Of a DNA stretch of 64,000 nucleotides, positions 1 to 12,887 are shown in pieces; the first letter of the stretch is position 1, and each line of letters opens with the position of its first letter. The position numbers and the translations under genes are program-made. The stretch comes from Neoconidiobolus thromboides FSU 785 (Eukaryota; Fungi; Entomophthoromycota), in contig MU626275.1 in assembly GCA_025603075.1 (NCBI GenBank), forward strand, positions 62,001 to 126,000, written 5' to 3'. Under the pieces are notes generated by a model. It was not told where the DNA came from. It was given only the letters and a program-made list of their open reading frames with translations, and did no database searches.

Positions 1-2268
1 GAATATATTTTATTTAAATTAGTAATAAGAACTTCATTATTGAGGGTCTGAATAAAATCCTATAATAGAAACTATTTTTTCATCTTTTAAAAAGTTAGTA
101 TTTCTAACTCTCATCTTTTATTAGTTGATATTTTTTGTTAACTTTATAGCTACGCCTCTTTACGTATAACTTTTGAAATGAATATAATGAAATAATTATG
201 AACAAAATAAATCTTATTACTGAAGCATGTTAAATTGTGAACAAATTAATTGATTTTTTTCAAACCCATAGAATATTAAAGAAGATTCATTATACCGCTA
301 TCCTATAGTGCGGAACTACAAGTATAAGAATCATAGAATCTTTTAGGAAAGTATCCTCTATTCAGTAAAAATTCAATAGGAAATTTAATTAATTTTGACT
401 AAATTTATTATATAATAGTACATTATTTTAAGTATACTTAGAGTAAAACTTCAAATAAATTTATTTGGCTTTTATATTTGATAAATAAACCTTTTTAACT
501 TGGTTTTGAATAAGAAATAATATTTGAAATTCATTTAAAATCGCTGTCAAGAATGGGCAAATCCTTATTCTTTATATAAATCCTACTCTCTTATTAAATT
601 GTAGTATCTTACTACATCACTTCATTTTATAATATCAATATCTTAAAAAAATACATTGATTCTTTTCAAAAATTAACGGATTTTTGAGATAAGAGATCAT
701 TTATAAGAACAATATTACTTTATTTTAGTTATTGATAATAGAAAGATAATGAAACACAAGCTAAATTAGGAGAGAGTATTAAAGGAACACGAAGGATTTT
801 ATTATTCCAGGTTTTACAAATAGTCACGCCTTATTATTTAAAACAAAATTTTAATAAGGGTAAAGTGAAATAACATTTAAAAACTCTGAGTATCTAGGAA
901 GAATCAAAATCATTAATAAAATAGCCTTGTTTTACAAAGAAATATGATTTAGTAATTATAATATTTTATATTAGGATCGCTTCCACAAAGTATATAATAT
1001 GGCAATAGCTTTCTATTCAAATCATTATATATGAGAGAAAGTCATTTTATAGTAAATTTTTATATAAATTAGTTTATTAAAACGGATAAAAATTATACAT
1101 TTGTTTCTGATATTAAGATTCTAAATCAGACAGTTTAATTTAGCAGAGATATTGTATAAGAATAAAAAATTATTATAAATACTGTTCAATTTCAAAGTAT
1201 TTGCTTGTTAAATGGAATTTAAGAGCTCCTAAATTTAGAGCCAAATAAGACTTTCTTTGACTATTTGTATGTAATCCATAGCTCTTAATTTTTTTTATAT
1301 TATTAGCTTTAGGTTTTATTTCAAAATCATCTTTGCTTATTGTCATTCTTTGTTAAATATTATTTATCTTCGTATATTATAATATTTTGATTTTATTTAA
1401 TTAAACTGTATTTCCTTAGCCAGTATTATTTTAAAATATATTTTTTTAATTTTGTACCATAATTCACTGATTTATAACCATTTTTGATGTTAATAATTAG
1501 ATTTTACTATAGTCATGTTAAAATATCTCAGCTAACAAAATCGATTTTTTAAAACAAATGATAATTAACATGAATCTTTGTTTTTTTGAGTTTAATACTT
1601 TGTGATATTTAAATGTCCCTTTTTTTTGGCTGAATCTTGGTTTTTTACTTAAGCCATATGTATATGTATATTAGAATCTTTAACGTTTTAGTATTGCGAT
1701 ACCTTTTGATTTATTATAATTTTCTTAAATCAGTGTCAGAAACATTGTGTTTTATTGTATAGAAAAGGAAAAATCCGGCTTAACCTGGAGAGAAGTCAAA
1801 AATAGAAAGGTCTTTCAACCTGAGGTTTAAAGCTATGTTAAAGGGTAATGAGAAGCAATTGGTTATAGATGAAGTTAAAGCCTGAGGTTTAGGAGATTTT
1901 TTGGGTTGGAGTTTAAACAGAAGGAAGGTCACTTCCTTTTTAGAAGACTCATACCAAGTGAAAGTAAGTAAGAAAGGTAGAAGGAGAGGAGAACTGGAAA
2001 ACAGTCTTTCTGTATGTACTGGTAGTAGAGCTAAAACTGTTGAACATACTAATAGAGAGAATCGCTGTAGGGAACATTGATGAGAATTGATCAAACCAAG
2101 TAAGGCCGACAAGAGAAGGTGGGATGAAGCTAAAAGTAACATCAAAGTAACAAGAAATGATATAGGCCCATAACCTTTGATTTATTATAATTTATTTAAA
2201 TTAAAATTTTACTGAGATCTAGTCAGTTTTCAAGAATTAATTTTATCAGCTAAATATTTATACTATAT

Positions 2269-2366
2269 AGGGATGTATTTTTTTGCTTGAGGATTTTACT
2301 AACAATTTTTCTACTCAAATAATGCTTAAAAAATGGAAAAGTAATGAAACCAAAAAAAACATCCCC
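2269..2366 (+). mobile_element. ~98-bp MITE copy M1
   Basis: AGGGATGT...ACATCCCC termini, family core TTTTACTAACAA..CTCAAAT..GCTTAAAAAATGGAAAA, ATAT on both flanks. Confidence 0.85.
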
Positions 2367-3287
2367 ATATAGTGATTAAATAAAGTTAAGAAAGGTAGTG
2401 GACATAACTTGTCAAAATGAAGGAATGGGTTAATAAAATTTTGAACAAGGCTTACTTTTTTCCTATCTATTTTGAACTTCCAACCATTTTCTTTATTATT
2501 ATATTTAAGCTTTAAAAATTCACTTCCTCAAATAATATATATAACTTTAGCTTGAAGTTGAAATACAATGTAGTCTAAAGACTATTTTTAACTCATGGTT
2601 AATATAACTTAGCTTTTGACTTAGGCTTTAAGATCTTTTTTGTCAATTTCATTTATGAATTCCACACTGTATCTTTATTAATTTGCAAAATGTAATTAAA
2701 AAAATCAATACAAATTACATTGTCAACATCAGTTGTGAAAAAGCTACTTATATATTTGCAATAAAATCATGGTAATAGCTCATATTTTTAATTTTTTAAT
2801 ATGCAGTGCTTTAACCCAAAGTTACTGGTTTTGTAAAACTTTTGCCAGCGATTCTAAAAACTTCTGACCAGCTTAATAAATATACGGGAATATTTTTTAC
2901 CAATAATCCTTTTTTGCTATTTAAAATTTAGAAATAAACTAATGCAACTATTTAAGTTCGAATGTGTGCTGGTAAATGATAAATTTTATAAATGACTATT
3001 TTTTCTATTATACTAATTTAAGATTATTAACTTAATTTTTACTTTAAAATGAATAATTAGCTAGTACACATCTAAGTTTGGACAGCATACCAGTTAATTA
3101 ATTTCGAAATTTAAAGATAGCAAAAAAGAATTATTGGTAAAAAACATTCCCATGTATATTATCCATAAATTAAGCTACTTATACTAGTTAGATAATTAAG
3201 GCTTATATTATTTAGACCGTTAAAAATAATAAAAGCAATAGTTTATATTGAAAATAGTGTACAAGGCTCTTGTACAATTGACTATAT

Positions 3288-3381
3288 GAGGATGTGTTTA
3301 AGGATTTAAGGATTTTACTATTTTTCGATACAAATAACAGTTAAAGATAGAAAAAATGATAAGTCCAAAAAAAAACACCTC
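3288..3381 (+). mobile_element. MITE copy M2 (diverged)
   Basis: GAGGATGTG...ACACCTC termini, ATAT/ATAT flanks, diverged core. Confidence 0.75.
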
Positions 3382-4608
3382 ATATTATAGAGCAGTAAGT
3401 AGGAATTTTAAATAGCAGGGTTCTACCTTTAAATAATTATATAAAATTTTATAACATAATACTATAAATCATTGATCAGGCGTAGTGCTCTAATAGAGAT
3501 TTATTTTGTTTAAATATATTGGCTAGTTTTAATTAATAGTTAAATGGTATTTTATTACTTATACAAACTTGATAGCAATTTATTAGTTTTATATAATAGT
3601 AAAATATAAAAGCAAAAAGTTGATTTTTTAATGATGGATTTATTTATATTAATTATGTGTAACATGATAATAATGATTTGATAAGTTTTATTATATAAAA
3701 GCAATAAAAATTGACACTTAACTCAGAAGTGGTGTCAATTTTAAAATTTGTAAGAATTCAGCACTATAAGTTGTTATAAAATATTTATAATTTAAAAAAT
3801 ACAATAAAATTATAATTGTGTAATTTATATTAAAAGTTGATTATAAATAGCAAACGTTTAATATATTACTTTACCTTTAATTAGAAAAAATATATTGAGT
3901 AATAATCTAAAAAGCGTTACAAGTAAAAAATAAAAAAGTTAATTAAAAGTATAATTTGTAATTAATTTAAATTAATTTGTACAGTTTACTTTTTGCGTTT
4001 TATAATCAAAATTTGTTTTCCATTTATAAAGTTATTCTAAGTATCATATTGATTTTTTATTTCTATTATATATAAGTCACATCTTTATTTGATATCTATT
4101 ATGCTTGTAATAATATATAATATTTTGGATTACAATAATAAATCTTTGATACTTTATCTTGTATTGTAAATTTTCTTCTATTTCCTTTATAAATTAATAT
4201 ATCAGGCTCCTTTTATGGAAAATACATTATGCAAATTTTCTGTAAATAGTAAGATAATAAACACAACCTTATAACAATAAGCAGGATTTTAAGCAAAATA
4301 ATATGCTAGCAAGTTGAATCACAAATCGGTATTTAAAATAGCAAATAATTCACTCACCTTATAAAATAAATAACTAAATCTTTTGATCCGTCTTAAACCA
4401 CAAATTATAAAGAAAAATAAACTTCTCGTAAATTTTATTTTAAAAAAGATATTTTATTACTAAACTTGGTACAAAAATGATCTAAACATTATACTGGGAC
4501 TTATAGGTTAATAGGTTAAGAATTATCTTTTGGATCGAGAAGTATATAAACAAATTAAATTTACAAAGAGCTTCTTTTATCTTTTAATTAAATATTAGTA
4601 AATTTATA

Positions 4609-5376
4609 ATGTATTGCGTTTCATGCTTTGATCGAAACTCGGATGAAGCGACTGCTAATATCTTAGAAAAAAGACAATCGAGTGAGTCCTTGGAAGAATT
4701 GATAAGAAAATATCGAGAAAAGAATAAGATAGATGCAAGTATATTTGAGGGTATAAAAGTAAGGACAGTTGATGGTAATGAGGTGTTATTAAGTGACATA
4801 TGGAAAAAGAGACCTGTGATTTTGAAAGTATTAGCTAGATTAGGTTGTACCCTTTGTAAACATGAAGCTAAAGTAATGTCTGATTTACAACCATTTTTTG
4901 AAAGACAAGGTATTGGATTAGCTGCTGTTGTATTTGAAGATGTAGATTTGAAATCATTTTTATCTTGTGGTTATTGGAGATGGGATATTTATATTGATCC
5001 AGAGAGGAATGTGTATAAAGCTGCTGGACTAACGAAGGTTACAAGAATGTATCATATGTCATGTATGGTGAATAAATATTTTATGAAGCTATTAATAGGT
5101 TTAAATCTGAATGGTATTATTAACAACGCAAAAGGAGACCTTCGTCAGCTTGGTGGGCTATTTGTTATCAATACAGATGGTCAAATAGTTTATGATTTTA
5201 GACCCAAGAAGTTTGCAACTTATCCAAGTATGAAAGAACTTTATGCTTCTGTTGGGGGGGATCCAACTGAAATTGATGAAGAACTTTCTGATGAATATAT
5301 CTACACTCAATACAAGCTAGCTGAAGATACAGTTAAAAGTAGAGCTTCTTCTCTTTCTTCAGCTTCTACGCTATGA
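4609..5376 (+). CDS. Peroxiredoxin-like 2 / AhpC-TSA_2 (PRXL2/FAM213) family protein, paralog A, 255 aa
   Basis: Intronless ORF; RLGCTLCKHEA active-site CxxC, VFED..F..GYW..IY.DP and LRQLGG.FVI motifs typical of the family. Confidence 0.85.
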   Translation: MYCVSCFDRNSDEATANILEKRQSSESLEELIRKYREKNKIDASIFEGIKVRTVDGNEVLLSDIWKKRPVILKVLARLGCTLCKHEAKVMSDLQPFFERQGIGLAAVVFEDVDLKSFLSCGYWRWDIYIDPERNVYKAAGLTKVTRMYHMSCMVNKYFMKLLIGLNLNGIINNAKGDLRQLGGLFVINTDGQIVYDFRPKKFATYPSMKELYASVGGDPTEIDEELSDEYIYTQYKLAEDTVKSRASSLSSASTL

Positions 5377-6550
5377 TATTTTACTCTTAATTTATTAAAC
5401 ATTCCAATATATTGAATATTTGGATTATGGTAATTCCAATTTTTTTGTTTTATCCATCAATTGAACCATAATAAATGGTAAATTCCAGTCGTTTGGTGTG
5501 ATTATAAAATTACAAATAAAAGTGATCATCTAACTTTTATAGCATATTTAAACCTTTCATGTTATTTTTCTACTTCTTTTAGGATAAAAAGCGAGTCAAT
5601 TTATTGTCTAATTTCTTCTTTAAATTGATCACCTGGAATTATTTAGTTTTATTCTTCGATTCGAATGTCTGGATAAATTTGAATATCCAGTTGAAATTCG
5701 AAATAACTTTTTACTGTTTAATTTAGGTCTATATTTGCAAAATTAAGCAAGGAAACAGTTATTTTCATAATACTTTGCTGAACGCAACTTTTATCATAGA
5801 TCAAAACTATTAAAAAAACTATACCTTGGATTTAAAGTAACCAAATCTAAAATATTAGAGAATATGACTGAATAAATTAATTAAATTTTCAAGTTATAAA
5901 TTATTAAAGAATACTTATAATACCGCTATCCGTAATATATGATTAAAAGAAGAGTATACATAGTCTCTCGGTTTTAGCATAAACATAACTCTTGAAAAAT
6001 ATACGAGGTCATTGTAAATAAAAAGTAAAAAGAATGTTTTTTAAAGCATCATAGCTTTTGCTTTTTTTTCTAGCTCTAAATGATTCTTATCATTATTATA
6101 TACTAGGATATGAGCACTTAAAGTAGGAAGAAATCCATCACTTTTTAAAACTACAGATTATTTGAGAAATTTTTGTAAATCTAATTATAATTATCAGGAT
6201 AAGATAAGGTCTCTTCTGCCTCATTCTATATCTAAACAAGTTAATTTGCAGTGTTTTAGAAGAATTTTAATTCTAAGCTTAGTAAGCTGTTCTAATTTTG
6301 TTTAATTTTTGAACTTTTGATCTTATTAAAAGTGGACAAAACAAAGCAAAAATTACACTAATTTGCATATACTCAAAATCGGATGTTCTTTTTAAAACAA
6401 TTCAAATAAGCAATTAGACGCTTATTTTAAAACAGAAGGAATGATGAAATATTAGATCAATTTAATCTAAAAGGCTTATTATAAGAAAACAAAAATGTTT
6501 ATTAAATAAAAACAATATTTGGTTATTAAAAACGCTTAACGAAATATCAA

Positions 6551-7936
6551 TTATGAGCTTCTAAACTTAGAGCCAAATAGAACCAAAAATATTAAAATTC
6601 CAATTCCAGCTATTTGGATAAGCGAAAACATTGTAAATGTCCATCCATAATCTAAAGTGTCTAAAATAATAGAGTTAACTGTAATAATAACACCAGCACC
6701 TATCATACGTACTGCATTAGAGACAGATGTGATTGAAGCACCAAATTTAGGATACAAATCAACCAAATAAGTTGAGATACATCCAAAAGCATAAGTCATA
6801 CCAAAACCAACTAAGAATTGACTAAATAAAACTAAACCCAAATGGAGTTGATAATGAATAAACCAGCCATCCAACATTAATCCTATTAGTATTGCTATTG
6901 CCCCAATGAATGAAGAATGTAATCTTATTTCTGGTTGTACTTTACTGTCTTTTGATTTTGCAACTGCCCTTCTCAATATTATATCTGATATTCTTCCTCC
7001 ACATACTGAACCCACAATATTACCTACTCCTAATGAAATGAAAGTTAATCCCGTCTTTGAAGAATCTAAATGATAAAATGTGAACATTGCTCTATTTTGA
7101 GAAATTGAAACTGAGTAATAAGCAGCAAAAATAATAGCAGAGTAAAAAGATCCCAATGCAACATTGATATATCGAAGATAGTATAATGGTTTCAAAGGAT
7201 TGAAAAATTTACCATTAGAAGTAAATTTTAAGGGGCTAAAGCTTAATTTTACTGGAAATGCTTCAGTTCTATTCAATGGTAGAGTCTCTTTTAAGAAAAA
7301 AAAGATGATAAGCACAATTAAACCAGATAACCCAGTCATCAACCAAAAAATAGATCTCCATCCTAAATATTCTGCTAAAAATCCTCCAATGATAGGTCCA
7401 ATAACTGGTCCGATTAATGGGCCAATAAAGAACAAACCTAATGCTGTACCCCTTTGTTCACGTGGATAAATATCACTGATAGTACCGATTCCAACTACCA
7501 ATGGAGCAGAAGAACCAATGCCTTGGAACACCCTCATAATAATAAATACATTTACGTCTGGGGATAAAGCACAACCAATACAAGATAAAAAGAATATCGA
7601 TTGAGAAATGATATATACCCATCTTCTACCATACAAATCAGAACTCGTACCCCATACTAATGGGGCAAGAGCTAATATAAAGATAAAGATAGAAACGGTG
7701 ACATCAATTAAAGTATCAGTAGTTTTGAAATCTTTTTTGATTTGTAATAGAGCAGGAAAAAAGATAGTTGAAGCCATTGGAGCCATTAATCCGCTTAATC
7801 CTACCAAAGCCAAATAAAACCTTCTTTGACTATTTGTATATAATTCATAACTCTCAACTTCTTTAGTATTATCAACTTCGAGTTTCATTCCAAAATCTTC
7901 TTCTTTAATTACCATTTCTTGTTGACTGTCGTTCAT
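6551..7936 (-). CDS. MFS multidrug transporter, DHA1 family (Qdr/Dtr1-like), 461 aa
   Basis: Intronless ORF, ~12 hydrophobic segments, WGTSSDLYGRR (MFS motif A), GPLIGPVIGPIIGG (antiporter motif C). Confidence 0.9.
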   Translation of the reverse strand: MNDSQQEMVIKEEDFGMKLEVDNTKEVESYELYTNSQRRFYLALVGLSGLMAPMASTIFFPALLQIKKDFKTTDTLIDVTVSIFIFILALAPLVWGTSSDLYGRRWVYIISQSIFFLSCIGCALSPDVNVFIIMRVFQGIGSSAPLVVGIGTISDIYPREQRGTALGLFFIGPLIGPVIGPIIGGFLAEYLGWRSIFWLMTGLSGLIVLIIFFFLKETLPLNRTEAFPVKLSFSPLKFTSNGKFFNPLKPLYYLRYINVALGSFYSAIIFAAYYSVSISQNRAMFTFYHLDSSKTGLTFISLGVGNIVGSVCGGRISDIILRRAVAKSKDSKVQPEIRLHSSFIGAIAILIGLMLDGWFIHYQLHLGLVLFSQFLVGFGMTYAFGCISTYLVDLYPKFGASITSVSNAVRMIGAGVIITVNSIILDTLDYGWTFTMFSLIQIAGIGILIFLVLFGSKFRSS

Positions 7937-10189
7937 TTTTTTATATTAAATAATTCTAGTTTTATCTTATTTTTTAATCAATATTTGTTTAAAATAGTTA
8001 CTTATTTATACTTTCAATTTTTTATGATTTAATTATAATTCATTTAAAATAAACTTTCATTAATAATCATAATAATTTCTTTCAACTTTCCTACCTTGAT
8101 GGAATTTCGGAGAATGCTTAATTTTTTAGCATCACTTTAAATATGTAATGTCCCCTTTATTACAACTGCTACACTTCTATTTAAACTAATTTGCGCTAAC
8201 TTTTAGAGCCATTTATTCATTTGTTTCAGTTCTTTAATGGTTGACATTTATATTCTAGCTGGTTTCGAGGAGTTTTGTCGTAAAATGAACAGTTAATTAA
8301 GTCGCAATAAAGTCATAATAGTTGTATAGCCTAAAGACTATTTATAGCTTTTAATCAAGGAGAAACTTCGCGTTTAATTAAAATTTCCTCAAGAATTTCT
8401 TGATATATTTTCACTTAAAAACTGTATACTTCGATTTTGAAAACTATTAGCAGCATGTATTTGAAATAAACTTAGCCCAATTTCATATTACTAATATCAA
8501 CCATAAAAATAATTTTCAGTGATTATTTGAGCGATAAAAGTATAGGAATACATGTTGATTTCTAACTTAAACAATACTTTACTTTAATTAGATATAGAGC
8601 GTATCGGTGGATGGAATTTTTCTTAAAAATAATGGGGTTCAATCCTTAAGCTATTTAATTGGATAAGTTTATATAGTGTAGTATTCTAATGAAGGATTTA
8701 TTATATCTAAGCATTATTATTTGTATCGGCTAATAGTTTATTTAGAACTTATCATTTATGTAAACTTAATTCTTATTCAATAATCTTTATATATAATAGT
8801 AAGATATAAAAACAATTTTACTTATTTTAATACAGAATTATTTTAAGATTTTATACAAAAATCAAGTATAAATGCTTTAATAAGTTTTATTATAAGAGTT
8901 CAAGTACTAATATCTGATCTAGAAATTTTGTAAAAGCTAGTTTGTTCTATTGTTCATTAAAGTTCAATATACCAATTTAAGCATAAAACATTTCAGGACT
9001 TATTTATTTGAATTAAATTGATATAAAATACTTTATCTTAACATTTGCAAAATAGTAGCGATTAAACCTTAAATTGGTATAATAACGACGTTTGAAATAA
9101 CTTGTAACTATTCAGTATATGTGTCATTATTTTAAAAACTTATATTTAGCCTAATCATTATTATTTAAGTAACAGCTTTACTTAAATACACAGTGTTTTA
9201 ACATTATAACTCAACTGTTGACGATTTAATTATTAGTATTTATATTAAGGTTTAATTATAAAAATGACATAATAAAGTATAAAACTATTTAATGATAGAA
9301 ATTATGCCGAAGTGCTTTTTATTTATTATTTTTAAAATTTAATATCACATAAAAAACTCTACTTTTTATATTCATGTTATTTGACAAGTTTTATAGTTAT
9401 AACTTTTTTTGATAATACATTCGTATGGAAGATTCTTTAAACTGTTTTAAGGAATCAAAGAGTACTGATATGGAATATGTAAAGAAAATTTAAATATTTC
9501 AGAATAGTTTAATGGCAATCGAAACTTTCACACTTTAACTAGTTATCTTATGTTTTGCTAAACTCAAACCAAACTTTAATAAATATAATTTTAATTATTA
9601 AAATAAAGTGAAAAAATCACTGAGATACTATGCTAATATAAAATTTATTTATAATTCATGTATACCAACAAACTACTAGAGCTTTATAGCCATGTTTTTT
9701 AATTAAAAGCTCAACTTTAATATCTTTTAGACAGCTTAAAGAATGAATAAACATAATTTAACTCTTTTTTATGGCGCAAGTGGCAAGAGTAATTAACTGC
9801 AACTATGGAATCAATTATAAAATTCAGTCTAATTATCAAAATTAATTCCAATCAAAAAAATATTATCTAAAAATTTTTAATTTACTTTCACTATAAATTA
9901 GTTTATTTTACAATCATCAATAATAAACCATTGGCTATTTTATATTGGTTAAAAACTAATACTATAGTGGAAAGAGTTATTTAGCTGTCTTAATCTAATC
10001 AATAAAAATATCTTATAATAGTCTAATATACTAAATAAGATTGAACGTAAACGTCTTTATTTTTTCCTATTTAATTCATAAATTATTTGCAAATAATACA
10101 TAACAAAAGTAAAAAACTTACACCTTTTAGAATACGTAGCTAATTAATCACCATACAGGCAAGGAATTACTAGTCAAAAAGTAATATTA

Positions 10190-10261
10190 CTCTCGAGCGG
10201 GGAATTGAACCCCGGTCTCCCGCGTGACAGGCGGGGATACTCACCACTATACTACCCGAGA
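10190..10261 (-). tRNA. tRNA-Asp(GTC)
   Basis: 72-nt cloverleaf TCTCGGG...CTCGAGA-G, anticodon arm CCCGC-CT-GTC-AC-GCGGG, GGTTCAATTCC T-arm, downstream T5 terminator. Confidence 0.97.
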
Positions 10262-10578
10262 TTCGATATATTGTTAATTCAGAAAAAAAATATATAATAT
10301 TAATTAGATACAGTATTTTAGTACCCTTTATGTAGTTTACTATAACTAAAATTTTAATTATACTATTTACCACATATTTTTAAAGCAGTAGTTTTATTTC
10401 ATGGTACAAAATATTTCTAGATACAAAATAAAAAACTAATTATATTTATCATGTCTTTGTAGATATTTAACTACCAATAAATATAAAATAGTATTATAAG
10501 CAAGATTCTTTATTATAAAACAATTAACCATATTTAAAAATTCGTTTAAATTGTACAATTTAAACATTTTGTAGATAT

Positions 10579-10675
10579 AGGGATGTTTTTTTGATTTCAT
10601 TACTTTTTTCATTTTTTAAGCGCTATTTAAGCGGAAAAATTGTTAGTAAAATTTTTAAGCAAAAACTATAACCCC
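10579..10675 (-). mobile_element. MITE copy M3
   Basis: Reverse-orientation family core, ATAT/ATAT flanks. Confidence 0.85.
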
Positions 10676-10944
10676 ATATGGATTTTAGCTTACTCCCCAG
10701 CTCAAAAAAATTAAATTATATCTCAGAGTACTCAGACCTAGCCAAGTAAAAATTAAAGAAAGTTAAATAAAATCAATTTTCAAATTGAAATTTAATTTAA
10801 CTAATGAATTAAGGTATTTGACCTAATAACAGATATTATTAGGATAATTGGTGCCGTTTTATATAAATATAAATACTGGGGCTCTATACTTCTTATTATC
10901 AAACAGGATTATTTAAGTTCAGTATAATTTTATTTTTAAATTAT

Positions 10945-11043
10945 GAGGATGTTTTTTTTTGATTTCATCACTTTTTCCATCTTTCAAGCACTATTTGAAT
11001 GAAAAAATTGCTATAAAATTATTAAACCCAAATATATGTCCCC
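10945..11043 (-). mobile_element. MITE copy M4
   Basis: GAGGATGT...GTCCCC, reverse core; flanks TTAT/ATGT (imperfect). Confidence 0.8.
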
Positions 11044-11102
11044 ATGTATTGGATAGTTTATTTTTTTGTCTTAAAGTGATATTGGTAAAATATGATGACA
11101 GG

Positions 11103-11729
11103 ATGTATTGCGATAATAGCATCTATAAAAAGAGTTACGATGACACTCAGTGTAAAACTTCCAGTGATTTTAGGATCAACTTTGATGCAGGTGTTTTCAA
11201 TGGAATAAAAGTAAAAACTATTAATGGAGATGAAATATTATTAAGTGATACATGGAAAAATAGGCCAGTAATTTTAAAGGTTTTAGCAAGTTTAGGATGT
11301 GCTTTATGTAAATATGATGCAAAAGTATTTTCTGAGTTACAACCTTTATTTGAGCATCACAATGTTGGATTAGTTGCAGTAGTATTTGAAGATGTAGATC
11401 TATACTCTTTTTTGAGCTCTGGATATTGGACTTGGGATATTTATCTTGACCCAGAACGAGATGTTTACAAAACTGTGGAGTTGACTAAAGTATCAAGGTT
11501 GTATCAACTAAAACTATTAACATATATCATATATAAAGGTCAAAAGCCAAACATAAGTGGTGGTTTGAGACAACTAGATGGAACGTTTGGAATTTATCCC
11601 AACAATAAAGAGGTTCGTAGCTTCAGGCCTAAAAAAGCTGCCATGCATCCTAGTTTTAAAGAAATATACTCATTAGTTGGTGATGGTCTAGAAGATACTG
11701 AAGAACAGCTTCCTTCTAAATATATATAG
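11103..11729 (+). CDS. PRXL2/AhpC-TSA_2 family paralog B (208 aa from ATG 11103; C-terminally truncated, possibly decaying)
   Basis: GCALC motif; the track start at 10959 is a TTG inside MITE M4, first paralog-like ATG (MYCDN) is 11103; TAG at 11727 falls where paralogs have Tyr. Confidence 0.75.
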   Translation: MYCDNSIYKKSYDDTQCKTSSDFRINFDAGVFNGIKVKTINGDEILLSDTWKNRPVILKVLASLGCALCKYDAKVFSELQPLFEHHNVGLVAVVFEDVDLYSFLSSGYWTWDIYLDPERDVYKTVELTKVSRLYQLKLLTYIIYKGQKPNISGGLRQLDGTFGIYPNNKEVRSFRPKKAAMHPSFKEIYSLVGDGLEDTEEQLPSKYI

Positions 11730-12423
11730 TATCAAGAAAAACCAAAAAACAGCGCCACCAAACCGAATTTAATGCTATCCACGGATCAATATTGTCTATA
11801 GATTAACATATTCAATATGTTTATTGTTAATAGAGAATATTCAATAACGAAATCATAGCAAATCATTCTGTATATCATATTATACGTTCTTGACATATGC
11901 CGCTTCATATTTAATTAATTCTAATCTCACTTTTAAAGTTATATGATAAACTTAATTTCTTTTTATTGCTATTTTTTTATAAATCTAACATACAAAACTT
12001 AAATTTTGCCCAGCTCTATATACTTTACAAATTATATTATTGTAAAAAATAGGAATCCTTATTAAAAAACTTTATCATTAAAATATATATTCAAGTAAAC
12101 ATAGTGCAGTATTTAATATTCTAATATAATTCTAAAAACTATCAAGATCAAGGAAAAATTATAATTGGTGAAAAATAAGCTATGTGTTGGAGCCCAATAT
12201 TTAACTTTGCAATAATAATTTAAGTTAATTATTAGATAAATTGAATGGGGCTTCTTTAAACTGACAACAGACTCTCATCAACTATTTGAAGTATATTAGT
12301 TAATAAACTACTTAAGAGCTTAGATCTTTCAAAAACATAACGAAGTTAATAATAAATAGTCTAAAAAGCTTCGTTGTCAAATATCAAAAATGCTTTGATG
12401 TAGTGATTATAAATCGGTGATAT

Positions 12424-12522
12424 GGGGATGTTTTTTTTGGCTTCATTATTTTTTCGACTTAAAAAGTGCTATTTGAGTAGAATAATTGTTAGTAAAATTC
12501 TTAAATACAAAAATACATCCCC
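12424..12522 (-). mobile_element. MITE copy M5
   Basis: GGGGATGT...ACATCCCC, reverse core; flanks ATAT/ATGT. Confidence 0.85.
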
Positions 12523-12887
12523 ATGTTATTATATGGATTCCGATTTTAGTTCGGGATTGATTTTAAAATGAGAAGAAACTTTGAGAAATTATTTTTATTT
12601 TATCCTTGAAAATCATAAACAGGTAATATATATATTTGTATAATCATACTTAGCTCGAAAGGCTTTCATTTGAATTTATACTCCAATCATACTTCTGTCA
12701 TGATAGTTATGGTTCATTGTGATTAATCATTAATTGGAAAATAAATATTAAATACTAAATTATTAAATATCTACTATTGTTATTACTAAACTGAGTCAAA
12801 TTAAAACTTAATGTGAGAACTCTACAACTAAAATTTATATAAAGTAAACTTTAGGATAAATTTTTCATTTTATTTTTAGTTATTAAT

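Noticed and set aside
1780-2145. 121-aa minus-strand ORF in a purine-skewed, higher-GC patch
   Set aside because: Leu/Ser-rich, no motif recognised in any frame; probably a decayed TE relic but I cannot support a call
10170-10373. 67-aa ORF
   Set aside because: Overlaps tRNA-Asp; translation artefact
12792-12798. TGAGTCA (AP-1-like) 90 bp upstream of paralog C
   Set aside because: The 7-mer is expected about 5 times by chance in this window and is not seen at the equivalent position of other paralogs
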